From Clostridia bacterium (GTDB lineage: Bacteria; Bacillota; Clostridia; Oscillospirales; CAG-272), in assembly GCA_017453255.1 (NCBI GenBank), contig JAFTKN010000010.1, positions 88,458-152,457 on the forward strand: DNA of 64,000 bases. Reading direction: 5' to 3'. The notes beneath the pieces are model-generated. The model made no database searches, had not been told where the DNA came from, and was given only the letters and a program-made list of their open reading frames with translations. Position 1 is the first letter of the stretch; each line of letters starts with the position of its first letter. This document shows, in pieces, positions 8,023 to 16,196 of the stretch. Both the position numbers and the translations under genes were made by a program.

Positions 8023-9693
8023 ATGAATGTGTTGTTATGCGCTATTAATAGTAAGTATATACATTCGTCGTTAGCGGTATGGTGCCTTGCGGGAGGAATA
8101 AAAGAATTTGCTCCTGAAATCAACGTCAAAGTGATGGAAGCAACGATAAATGAGAAATTTGATGAAATATACGCAAAAATTTTATCGGAAAAATTTGATA
8201 TAATTGGATTTAGTACATATATATGGAATCTTGAGCTTGTGTTGAAAATATCAGAAAAGCTCAAAAGTGAAACAAATAAAACAATTGTATTGGGTGGACC
8301 AGAGGTTAGTTATAATTCAAAAGAATTAATAAGGAAGTATTCCTTTGTAGATTTTATTCTCTGTGGAGAAGGTGAGAGATCGTTTGCATTTCTTTGCAAA
8401 AAAGCTCCACTTAACGAAATTGATGGACTATGTTATAGAATGGGTGGAGAAATTTACGAAAACAAAAGTAAGATATTATTGGAAAATCCACCTTCACCAT
8501 ACATTCCAGAATATTTCGATAGCTTAAATGGAAGGATAGCATATATTGAAACAAGCAGAGGCTGTCCATTTAATTGTGCGTTTTGTTTATCGGGTAGATG
8601 CGAGGGGGTAAGATTCTTTGATATTGAGCAAACCAAAAAGAACATATTAAAGCTTGCAAATTCAGGAGCGAGCACAATAAAATTTATTGACAGAACATTT
8701 AATGCAGATAGAAAAAGAGCGATAGAAATATTCAAGTTTATTATAGGAAATTATGGCAAAAAAGTGCCACCCAGTGTATGTTTTCATTTTGAAATAGAGG
8801 GCGAATTGATTGATGATGATACAATAAACGTGCTTAAAGATGCACCAGAGGGTTTGTTTCAATTTGAAATCGGAATTCAAAGCTTTAATTCTAAAACTCT
8901 TGAAAGCATAGAAAGAAAATCAAACCTTGATAAATTGGTTGAAAAAATTAAACAAATTATATCATTGGGCAATATACACGTACATGTTGATTTGATAATT
9001 GGATTGCCGTACGAGGATATGAAGAGCTTTGCAAACAGCTTTAACAAAGCATATGAATTAAATGCGCATATGTTGCAAATTGGATTTCTAAAGGTACTTC
9101 ATGGGGCGAATATTGAAAAAATGAAAGATAAATATAAATATGTATATTCGGATAGACCACCATATGAAATTTTATCGACCCAGTGGTTGACTTTTGCGGA
9201 AATTGAAAGCTTGCATTTACTTGAAGATGTATTCGAAAAAATGTATAATTCTAACAGATTTGAGCGTACATGTGATTATTTGGTTGGTATAACTAAAAAT
9301 CCATTCGATTTGTTTATGATTTTAGGAAAGCTTTGGAACGAAAACGGAAAACCAAATAGTCTCGATGATTTTTCTTCGTTTTTGTTTAATTCTGCTATTG
9401 AATATTTTGGAGCTGATAGAAATTTAATAAGAGATGCAATGGCACTTGATAGGCTTTCAAGTAATCATAATGCCTCACTTCCGGAATTTTTGAAAATTCA
9501 TTCACCAAAAATTAAGCGCTTGTTGTTGGAGCTTGATAAGGATCCCAAAACTAAGCGATTAAAAAATATAAAAAGAAGTGCTACATTACTTGCAAGTGAG
9601 AATAAATTTGTGTATGTTGATTACATTAATCAAAATAAGTTAAAAAAACATTACAAAATTTGTGAAAAATTTATTGAAATAGACGAAAAATGA
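8023..9693 (+). CDS. B12-binding-domain radical SAM protein (DUF4080-type C-terminus)
   Basis: N-terminal B12-binding-like fold, then the radical SAM motif ETSRGCPFNCAFC. GAGGTGA lies 6 nt before ATG 8023. The track start GTG 8014 lies inside the RBS. Confidence 0.8.
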   Translation: MNVLLCAINSKYIHSSLAVWCLAGGIKEFAPEINVKVMEATINEKFDEIYAKILSEKFDIIGFSTYIWNLELVLKISEKLKSETNKTIVLGGPEVSYNSKELIRKYSFVDFILCGEGERSFAFLCKKAPLNEIDGLCYRMGGEIYENKSKILLENPPSPYIPEYFDSLNGRIAYIETSRGCPFNCAFCLSGRCEGVRFFDIEQTKKNILKLANSGASTIKFIDRTFNADRKRAIEIFKFIIGNYGKKVPPSVCFHFEIEGELIDDDTINVLKDAPEGLFQFEIGIQSFNSKTLESIERKSNLDKLVEKIKQIISLGNIHVHVDLIIGLPYEDMKSFANSFNKAYELNAHMLQIGFLKVLHGANIEKMKDKYKYVYSDRPPYEILSTQWLTFAEIESLHLLEDVFEKMYNSNRFERTCDYLVGITKNPFDLFMILGKLWNENGKPNSLDDFSSFLFNSAIEYFGADRNLIRDAMALDRLSSNHNASLPEFLKIHSPKIKRLLLELDKDPKTKRLKNIKRSATLLASENKFVYVDYINQNKLKKHYKICEKFIEIDEK

Positions 9694-9712
9694 TTTTAAA
9701 TATAAAATTCGC

Positions 9713-9741
9713 TTGAAATTAAATCTAATTTGTAGTATAAT
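9713..9741 (+). promoter_or_regulatory. sigma-A-type promoter of mrp-hydCBA
   Basis: TTGAAA (9713-18), 17 nt, TATAAT (9736-41). Confidence 0.6.
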
Positions 9742-9775
9742 CTATAAGAAATATAGTATAAGGAAGGATTTTGAT

Positions 9776-10588
9776 ATGGGTTGTACACACGACTGTTCAA
9801 GCTGTTCCTCTAATTGCTCATCAAGAGAAATACCAAAGGAACAATTGAACCAGTTAAGCTCCGTCAAACGTGTTATAGGCGTTGTGAGTGGAAAAGGTGG
9901 TGTAGGTAAATCAATTGTAACCTCAATGCTTGCCGTTTTAATGCAAAGAAAAGGTTACAAGACAGCTATTTTAGATGCTGATATTACTGGACCATCAATA
10001 CCAAGAAATTTTGGAATAAAAGAAAATGCTATGTCTAATGGTGAATATCTGCTTCCTGTTGCTTCGAAAACTGGAATTGATGTAATGTCTGTTAATTTAT
10101 TACTAACAGATGAAACAAAACCAGTTGTTTGGCGTGGACCTGTAATTGCGGGCACTGTTAAGCAGTTTTGGACAGATGTGGTTTGGGACGAGGTTGACTA
10201 TATGTTCATTGATATGCCTCCAGGAACTGGCGATGTCCCCTTGACAGTATTTCAGTCTATTCCTGTCGATGGTATTGTTATTGTAACTACTCCTCAGGAT
10301 CTTGTTTCAATGATTGTTGAAAAGGCAACAAAAATGGCACAGATGATGAACATTCCTGTAATCGGTATTGTAGAAAATATGAGTTACATCGAATGTCCAG
10401 ACTGTGGAAAGAAAATATATATGTTTGGAGAAGAAAAGTCAAACAAGGTAGCAGAAAAGTATGGGTATCAGGTTCTTGGAAAGTTACCAATGGATGGCAA
10501 GCTTGCATCACTTTGTGACAAGGGAATAATCGAGCTTATGGAAAACGATTATCTTGATAATGCAGCGGACATCATCGAAAATTTTTAG
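9776..10588 (+). CDS. Mrp/NBP35 (ApbC) family Fe-S cluster carrier ATPase
   Basis: Cys-rich N-terminus MGCTHDCSSCSSNCSS, deviant Walker A GKGGVGKS, and CPDCG motif. The track start TTG 9713 is actually the -35 box of the promoter at 9713-9741. AAGGAAGG precedes ATG 9776. Confidence 0.85.
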   Translation: MGCTHDCSSCSSNCSSREIPKEQLNQLSSVKRVIGVVSGKGGVGKSIVTSMLAVLMQRKGYKTAILDADITGPSIPRNFGIKENAMSNGEYLLPVASKTGIDVMSVNLLLTDETKPVVWRGPVIAGTVKQFWTDVVWDEVDYMFIDMPPGTGDVPLTVFQSIPVDGIVIVTTPQDLVSMIVEKATKMAQMMNIPVIGIVENMSYIECPDCGKKIYMFGEEKSNKVAEKYGYQVLGKLPMDGKLASLCDKGIIELMENDYLDNAADIIENF

Positions 10589-10620
10589 TTTAATAATATT
10601 TTATATAAAGGAGTTCCCCT

Positions 10621-11115
10621 ATGAAAAAGAAATTGACAAGTGTCGCTTTCAATGGTACTGCTGAGCAACTTGCACAGCTTGATGAACTCATTGCAAAGCA
10701 CAAAGGTGAGGCGGGCGCACTTATGCCTGTTCTTCAAGGCGCGCAAGGTATCTATGGATATCTTCCAATTGAAGTTCAAAAGCATATTGCACTCTCAATG
10801 GATGTTCCTCTATCTGAGGTATATGGTGTAGCATCCTTCTACTCACAATTCATCCTCAATCCAAAGGGCGAGTTCGCAGTTGCGGTTTGCCTTGGTACAG
10901 CTTGCTACGTTAAAGGTGCAGGCTTGCTTATGGACAAGCTGGAGTCACTTCTTGGTATCAAGAATGGTGAAATTTCAGCAGACAGAAAGTTTAGCTTAGA
11001 TGCTACCCGTTGTATCGGTGCTTGTGGTCTTGCACCAGTTCTTACTGTAAATGAAGAGGTTTACGGAAGACTTACACCTGATATGATTAAGGGTATTATT
11101 GATAAGTATATTTAA
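10621..11115 (+). CDS. hydC: [FeFe] hydrogenase gamma subunit, NuoE-like 2Fe-2S protein
   Basis: 164 aa. NuoE/HndA pattern with Cys ligands in CLGTACYVKG and CIGACGLAPV. First gene of the hydCBA set. Confidence 0.85.
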   Translation: MKKKLTSVAFNGTAEQLAQLDELIAKHKGEAGALMPVLQGAQGIYGYLPIEVQKHIALSMDVPLSEVYGVASFYSQFILNPKGEFAVAVCLGTACYVKGAGLLMDKLESLLGIKNGEISADRKFSLDATRCIGACGLAPVLTVNEEVYGRLTPDMIKGIIDKYI

Positions 11116-11135
11116 GGAAAGGACGGAATAGAGAA

Positions 11136-13046
11136 ATGATTAAAAATTTACAAGATCTCGCTAAGATTAGAGAATCTTATGAGGGAAAGATCGCTTTCCG
11201 TCAACACAGTAAGGACGCAACAGTTTCTGACGGCAATATCAAAAAGCACGTTTTGATTTGTGGTGGTACAGGCTGTACATCTTCAAAGAGTGTTCAAATT
11301 AAGGCAAAAATGGAAGAGGCTATTAAGGCTGCTGGCATTGAAAATGAGGTACAGGTTGTGCTTACAGGTTGCTTTGGCCTTTGTGCTTTAGGTCCAATCG
11401 TAATCGTATATCCAGAAGGAACATTTTATTCAAGAATTGAAATTAAGGATGCTGAAACAATTGTTAATGAGCATCTCGTTAATGGAAATCCTGTAAAGAG
11501 CCTTCTTTATAGCGAAACAGTTAAGGGTGATGAAATTCTTTCACTTAACGAAACAGCTTTCTATAAGAAGCAAAAGCGTGTGGCACTTCGTAACTGTGGT
11601 GTTATTGATCCAGAGTGCATCAACGAGTACATAGGTACAAATGGTTATGCTGCTCTTGGTAAGGTTCTTACAGAAATGACTCCTGATCAGGTTATTAACG
11701 AAATTCTTGAGTCAGGTATCCGTGGTAGAGGAGGCGGTGGATTCCCAACTGGTAGAAAGTGGGCATTTGCTGCAGCTCAGCCTAAGGGTCAAAAGTATGT
11801 TGTTTGTAACGCAGACGAGGGAGACCCAGGAGCATTTATGGACCGTTCAATTCTTGAGGGAGACCCACACGCACTTATTGAGGCAATGGCTATCGCTGGT
11901 TATGCAATCGGTGCAAACCAAGGCTATGTATATGTTCGTGCAGAATATCCAATTGCAGTTAACAGACTTCAAAAGGCTATTGACTGTGCAAGAGAAGAGG
12001 GATTACTCGGAAAGAATATTTTTGGAACAGACTTTGAATTTGATCTTCAAATCAGACTTGGCGCTGGAGCTTTCGTTTGTGGTGAGGAGACAGCTCTTCT
12101 TACATCTATCGAAGGTAACAGAGGTGAGCCTCGTCCACGTCCTCCATTCCCAGCTGTAAAGGGTCTTTGGGGCAAACCAACAATTATAAACAACGTTGAA
12201 ACATATGCTAATATCCCACAAATCATCAATAAGGGTGCTAAGTGGTTTACATCTATGGGTACAGAAAAGTCCAAGGGTACAAAGGTATTTGCTCTTGGTG
12301 GTAAGATCACAAATACTGGTCTTGTTGAAATTCCTATGGGTACAACACTTCGTGAAGTAGTTGAGGAAATCGGTGGAGGTATTCCAAATGGTAAGCAGTT
12401 TAAGGCTGCTCAAACAGGTGGTCCTTCAGGTGGATGTATCCCAGCTTCTAAGTACGATGTTGAAATTGACTATGATAACCTTATTGCACAAGGCTCAATG
12501 ATGGGTTCAGGTGGTTTGATTGTTATGGACGAGGATACTTGTATGGTTGACTTGGCTAAGTTCTTCCTTGAGTTTACTGTTGATGAGTCCTGTGGTAAGT
12601 GTGCACCATGCCGTATCGGTACTGTTAGACTTCTTGAAATCCTTAACAAGATTACTGAGGGTAATGGCGAGATGGAAGATCTTGATAAGCTTGAAGAGCT
12701 TGCTAACTATATTAAGAGTGCTTCACTTTGTGGTCTTGGACAAACAGCTCCAAACCCAGTTCTTTCAACTCTTGCAAACTTCCGTGACGAGTATATCGCT
12801 CACATCGTAGATAAGAAATGCCCTGCTGGTGTATGTAAGAATCTCTTTACATATAAGATCGATCTTGATAAATGTATTGGCTGTGGCTTGTGTGCAAGAC
12901 AATGTCCTGCTGATGCTATTAGCAGAACAGATTATATTGCAGAGGGACATAAGCTTGCTTCATTCGCTATTGATGCATCTAAGTGTGTTAAGTGTGGTGC
13001 TTGCTTACCAAGCTGTAAGAAGAATCAGGCAATTTATAAAGGTTAA
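11136..13046 (+). CDS. hydB: [FeFe] hydrogenase beta subunit, NuoF-like NAD(P)H/FMN subunit
   Basis: 636 aa. N-terminal thioredoxin-like 2Fe-2S domain (CGGTGCTSS...GCFGLC), FMN/NADH motifs GRGGGGFPTG, SLBB region, Fe-S motif ESCGKCAPCR, and C-terminal 2x CxxCxxCxxxCP ferredoxin motifs. Confidence 0.9.
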   Translation: MIKNLQDLAKIRESYEGKIAFRQHSKDATVSDGNIKKHVLICGGTGCTSSKSVQIKAKMEEAIKAAGIENEVQVVLTGCFGLCALGPIVIVYPEGTFYSRIEIKDAETIVNEHLVNGNPVKSLLYSETVKGDEILSLNETAFYKKQKRVALRNCGVIDPECINEYIGTNGYAALGKVLTEMTPDQVINEILESGIRGRGGGGFPTGRKWAFAAAQPKGQKYVVCNADEGDPGAFMDRSILEGDPHALIEAMAIAGYAIGANQGYVYVRAEYPIAVNRLQKAIDCAREEGLLGKNIFGTDFEFDLQIRLGAGAFVCGEETALLTSIEGNRGEPRPRPPFPAVKGLWGKPTIINNVETYANIPQIINKGAKWFTSMGTEKSKGTKVFALGGKITNTGLVEIPMGTTLREVVEEIGGGIPNGKQFKAAQTGGPSGGCIPASKYDVEIDYDNLIAQGSMMGSGGLIVMDEDTCMVDLAKFFLEFTVDESCGKCAPCRIGTVRLLEILNKITEGNGEMEDLDKLEELANYIKSASLCGLGQTAPNPVLSTLANFRDEYIAHIVDKKCPAGVCKNLFTYKIDLDKCIGCGLCARQCPADAISRTDYIAEGHKLASFAIDASKCVKCGACLPSCKKNQAIYKG

Positions 13047-13060
13047 TGGAGGAATTAAGG

Positions 13061-14791
13061 ATGGAAAATATGGTAAATGTTAAAATTAACGGCAAAGATT
13101 ATTCAGTTCCTGCTAATTCAACCATTTTAGAGGCTGCAAGATATGCTGGAATCGACATTCCAACACTTTGCTATTTAAAAGATATTAATGAAATCGGTGC
13201 TTGCCGTCTTTGCCTTGTTGAGGTAAAGGGTGCAAGAGGCCTTTGTGCAGCGTGTGTATATCCTGTAAATGAGGGTATGGAAATTCAAACAAACACTCCT
13301 GCAATTAGAAAGGCAAGAAAGACAAATCTTGAGCTTGTTCTTTCAGCTCATAAGAAAAAGTGTCTAACATGTATCCGTTCAACAAGCTGTGAGCTTCAAA
13401 AGCTTTGCCTTGAGTACGGAGTTGATGAGGATCACTTTGTAGGCAACAATAACGAATATCCAATCGATGCATCAACGGCCTCTGTTATTAGAGATAACGA
13501 AAAATGTATCCTTTGTCGTCGTTGTGTAGCTGCTTGTAAAAATATGCAAAAGATTGGTGTTATCGGAGCTAACGACCGTGGTTTTGATACACACATAGCT
13601 TCTGCATTTGAAAAGAAACTTGGTGAAACATCTTGTATTGGCTGTGGACAGTGTATCGTTGCATGTCCAGTTGGAGCCATCTATGAAAAAGATGAAACAG
13701 CTAAGGTATTTGATGCAATTTCTGACCCAACAAAGCACGTTGCAATCTGTGCAGCTCCTTCTATACGTGCAACAATCGGTGAGTGCTTCGGTTACGAGCC
13801 TGGTACTGATGTTGAGGGTAAGATGGTTGCAGCTATGAAATCTCTTGGCTTTGATGGTGTGTATGATATGAACTTAACAGCCGACCTTACAATTATGGAA
13901 GAGGCTACTGAGTTCCTTGCAAGATTCAAAGAAGGCAAAAATCTTCCACTTATCACGTCTTGTTCACCAGGCTGGGTTAAGTACTGTGAACACTATTTCC
14001 CAGAGTTTACAGACAATCTTTCTTCCTGTAAGTCACCTCAACAAATGTTTGGTGCACTTTATAAGACATATTATGCACAAAAGGTTGGTCTTGATCCTAA
14101 GGACATCGTATTTGTATCTGCTATTCCTTGTACAGCTAAGAAGTTTGAGGTGAAGAGAAACTTCCAAAATGCTGCTGGTGTTCCAGACGTTGATGTTGCT
14201 ATCACAACAAGAGAGCTTGCAAGAATGATTCAGCAGGCTGGTATTGACTTCAAAGCACTTAACGACGAAAAGTTTGATGAACCATTTGCAATTGGTTCTG
14301 GTGCTGGAGCTATTTTCGGTGCTACAGGTGGTGTTATGGAGGCTGCTCTCCGTACAGCAGCCGCTGTTCTTGAGGGCAAGGATCTTGTTGAAGTTAGCGA
14401 AGTTAGAGGTACAGAAGGTATCAAGAGAGCAACATATACTCTTGGTGGTGCTGAAATTAAGGTTGCTGTTGCAAGTGGTACAGCAAATGCAAAAGAGCTT
14501 CTTAATTCTGTTAAGAATGGTGAGAAGATTGACTTCATTGAGATTATGGCATGCCCAGGTGGATGCGTAAATGGTGGTGGTCAGCCAACTCAACCTGCAG
14601 TTGTTCGTAACAACGTTGATCTTAAGGCTCTTCGTGCAAGTGTTCTATACACAGCTGATAAGAATCTTGATGTAAGAAAGTCGCACGAGAACTCTGCTGT
14701 AAAGAAGCTTTATGATGAATTCTTTGGAGAGCCTGCAAGCCATAAGGCTCATGAAATTCTTCATACAAAGTATGTTAAGCGTGGCCTTTAA
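13061..14791 (+). CDS. hydA: [FeFe] hydrogenase catalytic subunit (M3-type, trimeric bifurcating-like)
   Basis: N-terminal 2Fe-2S ferredoxin fold and 2x[4Fe-4S] motifs. H-cluster motifs are IPCTAKKFE (P2) and EIMACPGGCVNGGGQP (P3). P1 reads TSCSPGW instead of TSCCPxW (see findings). GGAGG lies 8 nt before ATG 13061. Confidence 0.9.
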   Translation: MENMVNVKINGKDYSVPANSTILEAARYAGIDIPTLCYLKDINEIGACRLCLVEVKGARGLCAACVYPVNEGMEIQTNTPAIRKARKTNLELVLSAHKKKCLTCIRSTSCELQKLCLEYGVDEDHFVGNNNEYPIDASTASVIRDNEKCILCRRCVAACKNMQKIGVIGANDRGFDTHIASAFEKKLGETSCIGCGQCIVACPVGAIYEKDETAKVFDAISDPTKHVAICAAPSIRATIGECFGYEPGTDVEGKMVAAMKSLGFDGVYDMNLTADLTIMEEATEFLARFKEGKNLPLITSCSPGWVKYCEHYFPEFTDNLSSCKSPQQMFGALYKTYYAQKVGLDPKDIVFVSAIPCTAKKFEVKRNFQNAAGVPDVDVAITTRELARMIQQAGIDFKALNDEKFDEPFAIGSGAGAIFGATGGVMEAALRTAAAVLEGKDLVEVSEVRGTEGIKRATYTLGGAEIKVAVASGTANAKELLNSVKNGEKIDFIEIMACPGGCVNGGGQPTQPAVVRNNVDLKALRASVLYTADKNLDVRKSHENSAVKKLYDEFFGEPASHKAHEILHTKYVKRGL

Positions 14792-14799
14792 TTAAATAT

Positions 14800-14833
14800 A
14801 AAACGCCCAGCCAAAATTCTGGGCGTTTTTTTT
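14800..14833 (+). terminator. intrinsic terminator after hydA
   Basis: AAAACGCCCAG-ccaaaatt-CTGGGCGTTTT followed by more T. Confidence 0.85.
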
Positions 14834-14894
14834 ATTGACAAAAACAAATATGTATGGTAAAATATTAATATAGAAAAGAAATAAAGGATATTTT

Positions 14895-15317
14895 ATGCTT
14901 GAATTTGTATTGAAATTTTTAATGATTTTTGGATTTCCTCTTTTATTCTTAATTTTTGCTATCATAATATTGGTTAATGTTTTAATTGTGCCTTATATAA
15001 AAACGGGCAAGGCAAAGAAAACTATCGAATGTGCTGCTATAGTGGTTGATAAAAGAGAATTTATTAAATCAAATGTTAATGGCTTTATATCTGAGTTTTA
15101 TATTACATTTTTGTTTTCAAACAGAGATAGGCTTGAGCTTAAATGTGGTAAATCGTTATATAAAAAAGTGAATATTGATGATAAAGGAAAGTTAACATAT
15201 AAACCGAGTGTAGAAATTGCAGACTCATTTCAAATTACAGAAAAATCATCAAAAAAGACCAAAGGTAGAGTTGAGGCATCATATTTGTTTAGTGGCGATG
15301 GTGTATATAGACAATAA
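14895..15317 (+). CDS. DUF2500-like single-pass membrane protein
   Basis: 140 aa. N-terminal TM helix, then a small beta-rich domain (YITFLFSNRDRLELKCGKSLYKKVNIDDKGKLTYK) resembling the DUF2500/YhhM pattern. Flanked by terminators. Confidence 0.55.
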   Translation: MLEFVLKFLMIFGFPLLFLIFAIIILVNVLIVPYIKTGKAKKTIECAAIVVDKREFIKSNVNGFISEFYITFLFSNRDRLELKCGKSLYKKVNIDDKGKLTYKPSVEIADSFQITEKSSKKTKGRVEASYLFSGDGVYRQ

Positions 15318-15346
15318 AAAGAGCTATGGAAATAGCTCTTTTTTTA
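15316..15346. terminator. bidirectional terminator between the DUF2500 gene and the SDR gene
   Basis: AAAAAGAGCTA-tggaaa-TAGCTCTTTTT. Confidence 0.8.
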
Positions 15347-16063
15347 GATTATATAACCACCATTAACACCTAAAATTTGACCTGTTATAAACGATGAGCA
15401 ATCATCTGCTAAAAATAAAATACTATCAAAAACTTCTTTTACAGTCCCTATTTTGCCGAGGGGAGTGTCGCTTTTAAGCTGATTTATATCATCCTCTGAC
15501 AAGCAAGAATTCATATCAGTGTCAATGACACCAGGACAAATGCAATTGACTCTAATGTTGGAAGGTCCGACCTCCTTAGCAAGAGATTTTGTTAGTCCTA
15601 TTAGTCCTGCCTTTGAAACGGAGTAGTGCACTTCACAAGAAGCACCTACCTGTCCCCACATTGAAGATATATTTATAATTGAGCCTTGTTTTTTAGATAA
15701 CATATAGGGTAATGCAGAGCGACAAGCATAGAAAGCACCCGATAAATTAGTATTTATCATTCGTTGCCACATTTCGTCTGTTATATCAGTAAACAAAGAA
15801 AATTCATCAATTCCAGCATTATTTATAAGAATATCAATGCTGCCAAATTTATTGTAAGCTGTATCTATTGCAGCTTTTACTTGTTTACTGTCTGCAATAT
15901 CGCAAAAAATAGCCATTGCGCCAGTATCATTTTTAAGTGTCATAGCACATTCTTTAGATTTATAATATGTAAATGCAACATTGTATCCTAACTTGGAAAA
16001 TTCTCTGACTGCACAAGCACCGATACCACGACTACCGCCAGAAACAAAAACAGTTTTAGCCAT
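15344..16063 (-). CDS. SDR-family oxidoreductase (FabG-like 3-oxoacyl reductase fold)
   Basis: Classical SDR motifs SGGSRGIG, NNAG, catalytic S...YSVSK, and PG motif CPGVIDT. Confidence 0.85.
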   Translation of the reverse strand: MAKTVFVSGGSRGIGACAVREFSKLGYNVAFTYYKSKECAMTLKNDTGAMAIFCDIADSKQVKAAIDTAYNKFGSIDILINNAGIDEFSLFTDITDEMWQRMINTNLSGAFYACRSALPYMLSKKQGSIINISSMWGQVGASCEVHYSVSKAGLIGLTKSLAKEVGPSNIRVNCICPGVIDTDMNSCLSEDDINQLKSDTPLGKIGTVKEVFDSILFLADDCSSFITGQILGVNGGYII

Positions 16064-16130
16064 TTTTCTTCTCCTTTAAAAATTCTGTTATTATTTTATC
16101 ATATTTGTGGTTAAAAGTAAACAATTATTA

Positions 16131-16159
16131 TTGACTAAAAAGATTGAATATGTTAAAAT
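16131..16159 (+). promoter_or_regulatory. sigma-A-type promoter of the GH2 beta-galactosidase gene
   Basis: TTGACT (16131-36), 17 nt, TGt-TAAAAT (16154-59). Confidence 0.6.
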
Positions 16160-16196
16160 TTAATTGTTATAAACAATTTGAAGCGAGGAAAAATTT

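Noticed and set aside
9713-9775. N-terminal extension of the Mrp/NBP35 ORF (track start TTG 9713)
   Set aside because: The TTG is the first base of a TTGAAA-17-TATAAT promoter. The extension (MKLNLICSIIYKKYSIRKDFD) has no homology to the family, and a good RBS precedes ATG 9776.
9694-10620. Rex-type operators (TTGTGAA-N4-TTCACAA-like) upstream of the mrp-hyd operon and of adhE (22817-22849)
   Set aside because: No convincing palindrome of that form was found by eye in either region. adhE has only a 33-nt gap after the preceding gene.
14033-14593. 186-aa and 102-aa minus-strand ORFs, and plus-strand alternative-frame ORFs, inside hydA and hydB (also 12003-12413, 12047-12310, 11707-12159)
   Set aside because: All lie within the strongly supported hydrogenase genes. 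The products are Cys/Ser/Leu-rich nonsense without motifs, which is typical of off-frame ORFs in GC3-biased, highly expressed genes.
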